A stretch of 32,000 nucleotides of DNA, from positions 2,940,001 through 2,972,000 of the forward strand of contig NC_002939.5 in the NCBI RefSeq assembly GCF_000007985.2, given 5' to 3'. Made by a program: the position numbers and the translations under genes. Below, piece by piece: positions 15,386 through 23,984 of the stretch. The DNA is from Geobacter sulfurreducens PCA (GTDB lineage Bacteria; Desulfobacterota; Desulfuromonadia; Geobacterales; Geobacteraceae). The first letter of the stretch is position 1. Every line of letters begins with the position of its first letter. The notes under the pieces are model-generated. The model did not search any database. It saw only the letters and a program-made list of their open reading frames with translations, and was not told where the DNA came from.

Positions 15386-16285
15386 TTACGGGCGGCCGGA
15401 CCGGTTCCGGGGGCCTACGGCCAGCAGCGCGAGGCCGCCGAAAATGAGCAGGATGCCGCCGAGTGAGGTGAGGGTAAGGCGTTCGCCTACCACCGTTACG
15501 CCGAGAATGGTGGCGGTGAGCGGCTCGGCCAGGGAGAGAGTCACGGCGCTTGCCACCGGCACCGTTTGAAGCCCCCGGGCGAAGAGGCGGTAGGAAAGGG
15601 CCGTGGCAATGAGCCCCAGGTGAAGGACCACCACGGCACCGCGCACCGAAGGGATCCAGGAGAGGTCGGCGCCCACCAGGAGCGGCGCCAGTAACAAGGC
15701 CCCGAGACAGAAAGCCACAGCAATGACCGCATCCGGGGAGCGGCCGGCCAGAAGCGTTTTGATTGCCAGGGTATAGGCCGCATAGGAGAGCCCCGCGCCC
15801 AGGGCCAGGGCGATGCCCAGCGGATTGACGCTCACTTCGCCACCGGTGGCCAGGAGCAGGGAACAACCGGCCACGGCAAGCGCAGTGGCACCGGCCCAGC
15901 GCCGCCCAGGCCGCTCGCCGAGCACCAGGAATGCCAGAATCCCGGCCATGACCGGCGAACTGCCGATGCCCACCATGGTCCCCACTGCCACCCCTGTCGT
16001 CTTGACCGCCGCGAAAAAGGTCAGCTGGTAGGAGGCGATGCAGCCTCCCGCGCAGAGCGTGGGGATGAGGGGCCAGCGCATGCCCTTCGTGAACCCGCCC
16101 CGGGCCACGGCCAGGAGCAGGAGTGCCAGCCCCCCCACCGCCAGCCGGAGGGCGCCGATGGTCATGGGATTGGCCCCCACGGGAGCGAGGGCCTGGGATG
16201 TGCCCGTGGTCCCCCACAGGATCGCCGCCGCCAGGATGAACCACGCCCCTCCCCTGCCCGCTTGTGCCATGCCGCTACCGCCCAT
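15386..16285 (-). CDS. EamA/DMT-superfamily transporter (10 TM)
   Basis: The protein is polytopic, with ILWGTTGTSQ and a duplicated EamA-like half architecture. GGGAGG lies 6 nt upstream of ATG 16285. Confidence 0.85.
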   Translation of the reverse strand: MGGSGMAQAGRGGAWFILAAAILWGTTGTSQALAPVGANPMTIGALRLAVGGLALLLLAVARGGFTKGMRWPLIPTLCAGGCIASYQLTFFAAVKTTGVAVGTMVGIGSSPVMAGILAFLVLGERPGRRWAGATALAVAGCSLLLATGGEVSVNPLGIALALGAGLSYAAYTLAIKTLLAGRSPDAVIAVAFCLGALLLAPLLVGADLSWIPSVRGAVVVLHLGLIATALSYRLFARGLQTVPVASAVTLSLAEPLTATILGVTVVGERLTLTSLGGILLIFGGLALLAVGPRNRSGRP

Positions 16286-16333
16286 GCCATGCCTCCCTGT
16301 TGTTCCCGTCTGCCGCCATACCTCTGTGCCGCA

Positions 16334-17242
16334 TCACTTCGCCCGGGCCAGGGCCACCACGGCGCCCAGCACCAGGGCGGCACCCGCCAGTTGCACGCCC
16401 CCCAGAGATTCGCCCAGGATCAGCGCCGCCAGGACCAGGGTCACCACCGGCTCAAGCGTTGAGAGGGTCGCCGCGTCGGCGGCCCCCAGGCGTTGCATGC
16501 CGGCGAAGAAGCCGACCATGGCCACCACGGTGGAAAAAAGGGCTATTCCGACTACGGCTCCCCAGCCGGCCAGCCCCGTGGGCCAGTGAGGCCCCTGCCA
16601 GATCACGGCGCAGCCATAGACCGTGGCCGCCGCAAGCATGATGACGGTTGCCGCCGGAATGGCGCCGGTGCGGCGAGACACCTGCTCCCCCACGAGGATG
16701 TAGCCCGTATAGATGACTGCCGCGCCGGCGCCGAACGCTATTCCGGACAGGCTGCCGGTCAGACCGTCGGCCACGGTCAGCAGGATGCCAATGAGAGAGG
16801 CCGCAACGGCCGCTACCTTGAGGGGCGTCAGCCGCTGACGGCCCAGAGCTGCCGAGGCCAGGGTGACCAGGGCCGGGTAGAGATAGAGCAGGAGCGCCGT
16901 AAGGCCGGCGGACGCATAGCGCAGGGACGTGAAATAGCAAAAAGCCTGGCCCACGTAGCCGATGGCGCCCATGCCGACCAGTATCCATAAATCGCGGCCC
17001 CGGGGCCAGGACAGGCGCAGGACGGGCATCAGGGCAGCCATGAGCACCCCCGCCACCAGGAACCGCAAAAAGAGAACCACGGCGGTGGAGGCGCCCGAGG
17101 CAAACGCCACCTTGCCGAAGATGCCCAGGGCGCCGAACCCCACGGCCGATGCCGCCACAAAGGCCGCCCCGGCCAAGCGGGGGCCAACGAGAGAGTGGCT
17201 GACGCGGTCCTGCCGGGTAGTGTGCAACGATTCGAGCGCCAT
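16334..17242 (-). CDS. EamA/DMT-superfamily transporter (second, tandem)
   Basis: The protein is polytopic and has two EamA-like halves. I prefer the start at ATG 17242 (MALESLHT) over the long R/G-rich extension to 17347. Confidence 0.85.
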   Translation of the reverse strand: MALESLHTTRQDRVSHSLVGPRLAGAAFVAASAVGFGALGIFGKVAFASGASTAVVLFLRFLVAGVLMAALMPVLRLSWPRGRDLWILVGMGAIGYVGQAFCYFTSLRYASAGLTALLLYLYPALVTLASAALGRQRLTPLKVAAVAASLIGILLTVADGLTGSLSGIAFGAGAAVIYTGYILVGEQVSRRTGAIPAATVIMLAAATVYGCAVIWQGPHWPTGLAGWGAVVGIALFSTVVAMVGFFAGMQRLGAADAATLSTLEPVVTLVLAALILGESLGGVQLAGAALVLGAVVALARAK

Positions 17243-17378
17243 GCGTTCCTGTTCCTTTCCCGGCCGCCACATACCGGGGGGCCGGCCGCAAATGCCGCAT
17301 AGTACACGAATGCGGCGGTTCTGTCCTCTATTTTGAGCACATGACACCGAGCCACCGTACCCTGCTCACATTTTATTA

Positions 17379-17406
17379 TTGACATCCATTTTCAATAAAA
17401 TACAAT
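17379..17406 (+). promoter_or_regulatory. Near-consensus sigma-70 promoter TTGACA-N16-TACAAT upstream of hsp20
   Basis: TTGACA is at 17379-17384 and TACAAT at 17401-17406, within an AT-rich block. Confidence 0.6.
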
Positions 17407-17576
17407 AGAAGCAAAAGGACTGATCACTACGAAAGGGGTGTCGAGTCATGAGACGTCAAACTGAACTCAAGACCGTTCACAGAAGTGATACGGATAGAAT
17501 GCATACGGTGAAAAGATCGACCAGAAGCGGCTCCTCAACGGACAGAAGCATGTCGATGGCGACTCCCCGCGAGAGC

Positions 17577-18032
17577 ATGCCCATGTCGTCAACTGTAACG
17601 AACCCGTTCCGCGAAATGGAGCGGTGGTTCGAGGAATCTCTGAACCGCCCCTTCTTCGGCATGAACTGGGTTCCCTTCCGCAACCTGATCAACGACCTGG
17701 GGAATACCGGCGAACTGATGCCCGCCGTAGACATGTTCGAAGAAGGGGAGCACCTGGTGGTGAAAGCCGAACTGCCGGGTATTTCCCGGGATGATCTGAA
17801 CCTACGGATAGTGGATGGCAACCTGATCATTTCGGGCGAAAAGAGGTCCGGGGAAACGGTCGAGCGGAGCAACTACCTGCGGCTCGAACGGCATCACGGC
17901 TCCTTCACGCGGACGCTGAGACTGCCTGATGGTCTCGATACCGAACACATCAAGGCCAGTTTCAGAGACGGAATACTGGATGTCCGCATCCCGAAAACCG
18001 AAAGCACCGTCCGGCAGATCACCGTGGAATGA
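17577..18032 (+). CDS. Hsp20/alpha-crystallin family small heat-shock protein
   Basis: The alpha-crystallin domain reads PAVDMFEEGEHLVVKAELPGISRDDLNLRIVDGNLIISGEK...GSFTRTLRLPDGLDTEHIKASFRDGILDVRIPK. The start is uncertain: the ORF is open from ATG 17448, but its first ~33 codons have low GC3 and five AGA codons. ATGs at 17550, 17556, 17577 and 17583 give a typical ~150-aa sHSP. Confidence 0.85.
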   Translation: MPMSSTVTNPFREMERWFEESLNRPFFGMNWVPFRNLINDLGNTGELMPAVDMFEEGEHLVVKAELPGISRDDLNLRIVDGNLIISGEKRSGETVERSNYLRLERHHGSFTRTLRLPDGLDTEHIKASFRDGILDVRIPKTESTVRQITVE

Positions 18033-18057
18033 CCACCCGGCGTCACCACCGCAGCAC

Positions 18058-18086
18058 AAAGGGGAAGCCCGAAGCTTCCCCTTTTT
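18058..18086 (+). terminator. Intrinsic terminator after hsp20
   Basis: AAAGGGGAAGC-CCGAA-GCTTCCCCTTTTT: an 8-bp GC-rich stem extended by A/T pairs, followed by a T5 run. Confidence 0.75.
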
Positions 18087-18160
18087 ACGTCTCTTTCCTT
18101 GCCATCCCCGCCCCGTGAACGTACAATGCCTCCGCACCCATCAGCGCCCCGGAGGCTTTC

Positions 18161-18598
18161 ATGTCGAACCTCGTCCTCTTTCTCCTCATGATGTGCGGCG
18201 GCGTGTTCATCGCCGTCCAGCCGTCCATCAACGCCCGGCTGGCCCAGAAGACGGGCGTGATCGAGAGTTCCACCGTTTCCTTCGCGGTGGGGGCCCTGGC
18301 GCTCCTGATCGTGAGCATCCTGGTGGGAAGGGGGAGCCTGCGCGGCGTCGCCGCGGCGAACTGGTGGGAGTTGACCGGTGGGCTGTGCGGCGCCTTCTAC
18401 GTCACCCTGGTCATCTTCGCTGTCCCCCGCATTGGCACCGCCGCGGCCATGGCGGCCACCATCGCCGCCCAGTTGGCCACCGGCCTGCTGCTGGACCACT
18501 ACCGGCTCTTCGGCTACCAGGGAGCCCCCTTCGACCTGAAGCGGGGCATCGGCGTGGTGCTTCTGCTGATCGGCGCGGCGCTGGTGTTCCGGCGCTAG
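18161..18598 (+). CDS. YdcZ/DUF606-like DMT-family membrane protein
   Basis: 145 aa with 4-5 TM helices. MSNLVLFLLMMCGGVFIAVQPSINARLA... matches my recollection of the DUF606 N-terminal signature (G..I..Q...N..L). Confidence 0.7.
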   Translation: MSNLVLFLLMMCGGVFIAVQPSINARLAQKTGVIESSTVSFAVGALALLIVSILVGRGSLRGVAAANWWELTGGLCGAFYVTLVIFAVPRIGTAAAMAATIAAQLATGLLLDHYRLFGYQGAPFDLKRGIGVVLLLIGAALVFRR

Positions 18599-18620
18599 AC
18601 CCGGCCGGGGAGTCCCTGCC

Positions 18621-19082
18621 ATGGAACCGAACAGCCGCGACATTGCCGGCGTCCGCACCGTCGCCCTCTTCGAAGGGGCCAAGGGAGCCCTTGTGATTGC
18701 CGCTGGCCTGGGCCTGCTCGCCCTGATCCACCATGACGTCCAGGCTCTGGCCGAGGAGATCGTCTCCCATTTCCACCTGAACCCGGCAAGCCGGATTCCG
18801 CGCATCTTCCTGGAAGCGGCGAACGCGGCCAGCGACGGGCGGCTGAGGCTGCTGGCGCTGGGTGCTTTCGGCTATGCCGGACTGCGCTTCACCGAGGCCT
18901 GGGGGCTCTGGCGGGCCCGCCCCTGGGCCGAATGGCTCGGCATCGTTTCGGGCGGCATCTACCTACCCCTCGAAGTCTATGAACTCGTTGTCTCCATCTC
19001 TGCCGTCAAAATCGGCACCTTCCTCGTGAACCTCATCGTAGTGGCCGTGTTGGTGCGGGCGCGAATCCGGGCACGCAGGTAG
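18621..19082 (+). CDS. DUF2127-like membrane protein
   Basis: 153 aa. GVRTVALFEGAKGALVIAAGLGLLALIHHD...HFHLNPASRIPRIF is the pattern I recall for DUF2127. Confidence 0.65.
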   Translation: MEPNSRDIAGVRTVALFEGAKGALVIAAGLGLLALIHHDVQALAEEIVSHFHLNPASRIPRIFLEAANAASDGRLRLLALGAFGYAGLRFTEAWGLWRARPWAEWLGIVSGGIYLPLEVYELVVSISAVKIGTFLVNLIVVAVLVRARIRARR

Positions 19083-19093
19083 CATCCAGGCCG

Positions 19094-20650
19094 CTAACCA
19101 TAGGGATCGCCGCCCTTCTCAACCGGAACCGGGCCTTGAAACTCCCTGAGCGGCGTCCGGTCTTTCACCGCAAAGACCTCAATTCCGGCCTTCCCCTCCA
19201 CCGGACAGACGTTCTCGCAGATCCCGCAGCCATTGCACAGCTCATCCACCACGTAGGGGACCAGCAGTTCCACCTGCCGCCCCTGGTCGTCCGTGTCCAG
19301 AACCCGGCGCGAGCGGATCGCCTTGGCGGGGATGGGACAGTGCTCTTCGCACACGATGCAGTTGATCTTCTTGGCAAAGGGGAGGCAGTGGTTGCGGTCG
19401 AACACGGCCTTGCCGATGACCTCCCGCTTCTTGGCCGGCACCGGCAGGTTCGGGATGGCTCCGGTGGGGCAGACCTGCCCGCAGAGGGTGCAGTTGTATT
19501 CGCAGTAGCCGAGCCGGGGGATCAGCACCGGTGTGTAGAGCCCCTCCACCCCTGACTGCAGCACCGCCGGATAGAGGGCGCTCCGCAGGCAGACCTTCAT
19601 GCACTCCCCGCACCGGACGCACGCGGCGAGGAATGCCCCCTCGTCCCGCACCCCCGGCGGACGGAGCACACGCGCCTGTGCCGCGGGATCGCGGAAACGG
19701 AAAAACCTGGCCGCCAGGAGCCCGCCGATAACGCCACCCAGCAGAACCCGGCGCTGGGGCAGAAGCGGCCCCTCCCCGGCCAGGGGCGAACCGGGCAGGA
19801 AGCGGACCCGCGCCGAGGGGCACCGCACCGCACACTCCATGCAGAAGATGCACTCTTCCTTCTGAAGAATCTCCCGGTCGAAAGAGGTGGGACAGAGTCC
19901 GCTGCAGGCGCGGCAGTCGGCACAGAGTTTTTCAGGACGGCGATTGAACGGCGAAAAGCGGGCGGCAAGCCCCAGAAGCGTGCCCAGGGGACAGAGACGG
20001 CGGCACCAGCAGCGGGACTCGCATCCTTCCAGCCCGATCACCCCCGCCAGGATGAGGGCGGAGAGGAAGGCCAGGGGATAGGCCGTCTCCCGGAATGGCA
20101 GGACATGGTCGCGGATCAGGGCATAGCCCGGAGCCAGCAGGTCTCGCCCCTCCCCCAGCACCCGGTAGAGCCCGACCCAGGCGCCACGGGTCGTGTCGCC
20201 CAAGAGGGGATGGAGGGAGAATGCGAGACCCCGTACGAGGATGGCCAGAGGGTCCAGCAATCCGGCCAGGTTGATGCCGGCCAGGGCTGCGCCGAGCAGA
20301 GGAAGAAGCACCCAGTACTTGGCATTTCCCGTGAACAGGGAGGGTGCGCCCCGCCGGCGGAACCGGCCGCCGAGGAGGTCGAGAATAGTGCCGAGGGGAC
20401 AGATCCAGCCGCAGAAAAAGCGCCCCAGGAGCGCCGTGGCAACCAGGAGCAGCACCGCCGGGAGCAGCAGCCAGGTGAATGCCTTTGCCGCCAGGAGATA
20501 CGCTGCCGCCACCAGCGGGTCAGCTCGGAAGAAGGCGTTAACCGCCCCATTGATCTCGTCCCTGCCCCGGTACTCGGTGTTAATGAAGAGGACAAGAAAG
20601 AGGACCAGAAACAGGAGCTGGCTGATCCGCGCCGAGGTAATCCGTTTCAT
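19094..20650 (-). CDS. Membrane-bound polyferredoxin (NapH/MauN/NosR-like 4Fe-4S binding protein)
   Basis: The N-terminus has TM helices with repeated CGWICPLGT / CRRLCPLGT motifs. Several CxxCxxCxxxCP ferredoxin clusters follow (CADCRACSGLCP, CIFCMECAVRCP, CVRCGECMKVC, CTLCGQVCP, CIVCEEHCP, CNGCGICENVCP). Confidence 0.85.
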   Translation of the reverse strand: MKRITSARISQLLFLVLFLVLFINTEYRGRDEINGAVNAFFRADPLVAAAYLLAAKAFTWLLLPAVLLLVATALLGRFFCGWICPLGTILDLLGGRFRRRGAPSLFTGNAKYWVLLPLLGAALAGINLAGLLDPLAILVRGLAFSLHPLLGDTTRGAWVGLYRVLGEGRDLLAPGYALIRDHVLPFRETAYPLAFLSALILAGVIGLEGCESRCWCRRLCPLGTLLGLAARFSPFNRRPEKLCADCRACSGLCPTSFDREILQKEECIFCMECAVRCPSARVRFLPGSPLAGEGPLLPQRRVLLGGVIGGLLAARFFRFRDPAAQARVLRPPGVRDEGAFLAACVRCGECMKVCLRSALYPAVLQSGVEGLYTPVLIPRLGYCEYNCTLCGQVCPTGAIPNLPVPAKKREVIGKAVFDRNHCLPFAKKINCIVCEEHCPIPAKAIRSRRVLDTDDQGRQVELLVPYVVDELCNGCGICENVCPVEGKAGIEVFAVKDRTPLREFQGPVPVEKGGDPYG

Positions 20651-20664
20651 GGGAGTCCCATGTC

Positions 20665-21546
20665 TCAGGCCGTGACGATGCGGACCCGCTTCAGGTTCAT
20701 CTCGCCGAGGCCCCGCTTGTGGGCCGCCACGGTGACCGGAATATCCTCGGGCTTGAGCCCGAACAGGGTGGTGGCGTAGGCATCGGCAGCCACGATGTCC
20801 GTGGAGGCGATGACCGTATCCATCACCTTCACGTCGGCCGGGCTTCCCCCCTGGGGTCCATGATCGGTCAGGATGCGGGTGGCGTCGATGACCGTCAGAT
20901 GGCTCTTGAGCACGCTGTTGATGTCGGCCAGGGCATCATCCAGATGGCGATGGATGCTCCCCCGATTTCCCCCCATGACACCCATCACGTTCTTGAGCCC
21001 CAGGGTCAGGCGGGACAGGCCGTGATGCTTGGCCACCGGCACGTTGATGAAGACGTCGGCCGAGAGCGCTTCGTCGTAGAGCTCCCACGCCGGGAGCACC
21101 GCACCCTTGATGGGGACCCGCCGGAACCGCTCGTTCTCGATGAATTTCAGCTCCACCCCCTTCATCCCCTTAAGGGCGTCGCTGATGCCGCTCTGCACAT
21201 AGCAGCGGCGCTCGTCGTTGCAGGTCCGGTCAAAAACCTTGACCCGCTTCGCTCCGGCGGCCAGGGCCTCCTCGGCCAGGGCGCGCACCACCAGCGGGTG
21301 GGTATTGGCTGCCTGGGCAGGGGTCCGGTCCCACCCCATGTTGGGCTTCAGGACCACCACATCCCCCGGTTTCACGAACCGCTTCATACCGCCCAGAAGC
21401 GCGAGGGCGCTCCGGGTCGTGCGGGCATAGTCCTTTCCCCGCGCCACCGCCACTGTCGGCTGCGGTGCCGCGAACAGCCGCCGGAATGCCCCTTCGGCAA
21501 AGAGGGACGACAGCCCCACGAGCTTCAGAAACGTGCGTCGTTCCAT
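20665..21546 (-). CDS. Tat-signal DUF362 domain protein
   Basis: GGAGG RBS. MERRTFLKLVGLSSL matches the twin-arginine consensus (RRxFLK). The body (VLKPNMGW...THP..V, INVPVAKHHG) fits my recollection of DUF362. A 14-nt gap separates it from the polyferredoxin gene. Confidence 0.75.
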   Translation of the reverse strand: MERRTFLKLVGLSSLFAEGAFRRLFAAPQPTVAVARGKDYARTTRSALALLGGMKRFVKPGDVVVLKPNMGWDRTPAQAANTHPLVVRALAEEALAAGAKRVKVFDRTCNDERRCYVQSGISDALKGMKGVELKFIENERFRRVPIKGAVLPAWELYDEALSADVFINVPVAKHHGLSRLTLGLKNVMGVMGGNRGSIHRHLDDALADINSVLKSHLTVIDATRILTDHGPQGGSPADVKVMDTVIASTDIVAADAYATTLFGLKPEDIPVTVAAHKRGLGEMNLKRVRIVTA

Positions 21547-21620
21547 GGTTTCCTCCCCGGCTCGACATAGAATTCACGCTTTCCAAGGATACCATAGAGA
21601 CGGCAGCGCTCCAGGAAAAA

Positions 21621-22529
21621 CTAGCCGGCAGACTGCTCCAGCAGCGTTGCCAGCATCTCCACCCGGGGCATGGCGATACCCCGTTGGCTGCCGTAGGCAA
21701 GGGGCGTCCGGAAGATGGCCCAGATCTCCAGGGGCCTCCCCTCTTCCCGGTCGATCTGCATGGAGGGTTTGTATTCGCCCATCCTGTCGGTGAATTCCAG
21801 CATGCTGTCCGCGTATGCCGGGGCTATGGGCACGGTCAACCCCTGGGCATTGGCCGCGGCAATCACCTCATGCATGATCTCCCGCACCAGCGTGCGGCTC
21901 GCATCCCGCGCCAGGAGCAGGTTGACCGGCTGCTGCAGCAGGGCGCACAGGCCGTTGAACGGAATGTTCCAGACCAGCTTCTCCCAGCGGGCCCGCTTCA
22001 GGTCGCCGGTTGCACGGCACTCCACTCCTGCCCGCACGAACAGGGCGGCCAGCGCCTCGGTCCATTCCCGGTCGCGGGGAAGAAATTCGCCCAGGGTGAT
22101 CCGGCCCGCACCAAGGTGGTGCACCTCTCCCGGCTCACCCCGGTTGGAACAGAGAAAGGCCACCCCGCCGATGACCCGCTCAGGGCCGAACAGGGCGGCC
22201 AGTGCCTCCTCGTTCCCCAACCCGTTCTGAAGGGTCAGGATCCGGGTCTCAGCCCCCACCAGCGGACGGATCAACTCCTCATACCGATCGTTGGCAAAGG
22301 TCTTCAGCCCCACCAGAACCAGATCTGCGGCACCGATCTCATCAGGGGTCCGGTATCCTTTCACGTGGGGGAGGACAAAGTCACCGTCAGTGGAGAATAC
22401 CTTGAGGCCGTTGCGAACGATTGCCTCGAAATCGCGGCGCAGAAGAAAATGCACGTCCTCCCCCGCCCGCTGCAGCAGCGCGCCGTAGTAGAGCCCCAGG
22501 GCTCCGGCGCCGACAATGGCTATTTTCAT
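21621..22529 (-). CDS. panE: 2-dehydropantoate 2-reductase (ketopantoate reductase, ApbA/PanE family)
   Basis: MKIAIVGAGALGLYYGALL is a Rossmann GxGxxG motif. The 302-aa length and downstream motifs (NGLG, K..W.N..FN, S..QD.E.GR..E) are typical of PanE. Confidence 0.85.
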   Translation of the reverse strand: MKIAIVGAGALGLYYGALLQRAGEDVHFLLRRDFEAIVRNGLKVFSTDGDFVLPHVKGYRTPDEIGAADLVLVGLKTFANDRYEELIRPLVGAETRILTLQNGLGNEEALAALFGPERVIGGVAFLCSNRGEPGEVHHLGAGRITLGEFLPRDREWTEALAALFVRAGVECRATGDLKRARWEKLVWNIPFNGLCALLQQPVNLLLARDASRTLVREIMHEVIAAANAQGLTVPIAPAYADSMLEFTDRMGEYKPSMQIDREEGRPLEIWAIFRTPLAYGSQRGIAMPRVEMLATLLEQSAG

Positions 22530-22810
22530 CAGAACGACTCCAGGGAACGGGTTTGCCGGGCACGGCGGCCAATGGTCCGCAGATGGCCAGTAATCCGTGC
22601 CTCGTCAGGCATCGGGTAGAGTGCCACATAAACGCCGCCATGGAAACAACTCCGTAGCAGAGGCGCGGAAAGGGCCGCCGCAGCCACGGCCCTGCCCGTG
22701 CGGAGGGTCGCCGGCTCTGCCGCACGGGCCATCCTGGTAGCGGCGTTCAAGGCGGGATCCGTGGATGTGCCGGTTGCCTTCCCCAGGACGCCACCCGGGA
22801 TCGGCATCAC
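22529..22810 (-). CDS. Hypothetical small protein (<=93 aa)
   Basis: It fills the gap between yhhJ-like and panE. By hand count GC3 is about 75%, like its neighbours. Its TGA overlaps the panE ATG (TGATG), suggesting coupling. There is no clear RBS and no recognisable domain. Confidence 0.4.
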   Translation of the reverse strand: MMPIPGGVLGKATGTSTDPALNAATRMARAAEPATLRTGRAVAAAALSAPLLRSCFHGGVYVALYPMPDEARITGHLRTIGRRARQTRSLESF

Positions 22811-22860
22811 ATATGATTCGATGGTACATCATATCGTGCGGCGTGGCGCGCCGGGCAGGC

Positions 22861-23982
22861 TTACGCCATCGTCCCGATCGTCTTGCGGAAGCGAGCCAGA
22901 GACACGGCAAACAGCACCGCGCCAATCAGGGCAAGGGAGACGAACTGGGGCCAGACCACGGAAATCCCGGCACCCCGGTAGAGGATTGCCTGGGCAAGCA
23001 TGACGAAATGAGTATTGGGGGCTGCCAGCATCACGGCCTGAACAAAGCCGGGCATGCTCTCCCGGGGGGTCGTCCCACCCGAAAGGATCTGCAGCGGCAG
23101 CAGGATCAGCATCACCAGGAGCCCGAACTGGGGCATGGAGCGGGCCAGGGTGCCGAGGAAAATCCCCAGGGAAGTGGTAGCGAACAGGTGCAGAGCCGTA
23201 CCGGCCAGGAACAGGAGGATGGAGCCCTCGACAGGAACCTTCAGAAGCCCCTGGACCACGAACAGGAGTGAACAGGCCGTGGCGGCGAGTACCACCAGGG
23301 CCATGGCCCACACCTTGCCCGTCATGATCTCGAAGGGAGTTACCGGCATGGCCAGGAGGTGCTCGACCGTGCCGTGCTCCCGCTCGCGGAGGAGCGCCGC
23401 CCCGGTGAGAATAATCGAAAGCATGGTCACGTTGTCGATGACCTTCATGACCCCCCCGAACCACGATTTGTTCAACTCCGGGTTGAACCGCGCCCGCAGT
23501 GCCAGATCCACCGGAGGGGCATGGTTCGAGCGGTATCTTTGGAGGAAACTCGCGATCTCGCCGTTGACAATGGTCTGAATGTGGCCGCTGCCGGCAAAGG
23601 CCTGGCTCATGCGGGTGGCATCCACGTTGAGCTGGATAGCGGGGGAGCGGCCGGCCAGCACGTCGCGCTGAAAATCCGGGGGAATATCAATGGCAAAGGT
23701 ATCAATACCGGCATCCATCCGGGCGTCCATCTCGGCTCGGCCAATAAGGACAGGCGGGACGAACTGGGGGGGATAGAACGCATCGACGATGCGCCGCGAG
23801 AGTTGGGAGTGGTCCTCGTCCACAATGGCGATGGGAGCGTTGTGGAGGGTTTCGGGCATGGCCGTGGCGCCGGAGTAGATGGCGAGGGTGAAGGCATAGA
23901 CGATCAGGACGAGCATGATGGGATCCCGCAGCAGGCTGCGGAGCTCTTTGATGCCGAGATGGAGAATGTTTGCAGGCCGCAT
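22861..23982 (-). CDS. ABC-2 type transporter permease (YhhJ-like)
   Basis: The N-terminus is MRPANILHLGIKELRSLLRDPIMLVLIVY, followed by a large periplasmic loop and then 5 C-terminal TM helices. It directly follows the rbbA-like gene, as in the E. coli yhiI-rbbA-yhhJ cluster. Confidence 0.9.
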   Translation of the reverse strand: MRPANILHLGIKELRSLLRDPIMLVLIVYAFTLAIYSGATAMPETLHNAPIAIVDEDHSQLSRRIVDAFYPPQFVPPVLIGRAEMDARMDAGIDTFAIDIPPDFQRDVLAGRSPAIQLNVDATRMSQAFAGSGHIQTIVNGEIASFLQRYRSNHAPPVDLALRARFNPELNKSWFGGVMKVIDNVTMLSIILTGAALLREREHGTVEHLLAMPVTPFEIMTGKVWAMALVVLAATACSLLFVVQGLLKVPVEGSILLFLAGTALHLFATTSLGIFLGTLARSMPQFGLLVMLILLPLQILSGGTTPRESMPGFVQAVMLAAPNTHFVMLAQAILYRGAGISVVWPQFVSLALIGAVLFAVSLARFRKTIGTMA

Positions 23983-23984
23983 GG

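Noticed and set aside
17448-17576. 43-residue N-terminal extension of Hsp20 from ATG 17448
   Set aside because: It has about 48% GC3 and five AGA codons in 33 codons, unlike the rest of the gene, and conserved sHSP sequence starts only near 17583. I kept it as an alternative start because AAGGGG lies 9 nt upstream of 17448.
17894-18805. 303-aa minus-strand ORF spanning the hsp20 3' end, its terminator and the ydcZ-like gene
   Set aside because: It crosses an intrinsic terminator and an intergenic region. It is R/G/P/A-rich, and the opposite strand encodes recognisable membrane proteins.
21465-22619. 384-aa plus-strand ORF over panE
   Set aside because: It lies antisense to a clear Rossmann-fold ketopantoate reductase and has no RBS or motifs.
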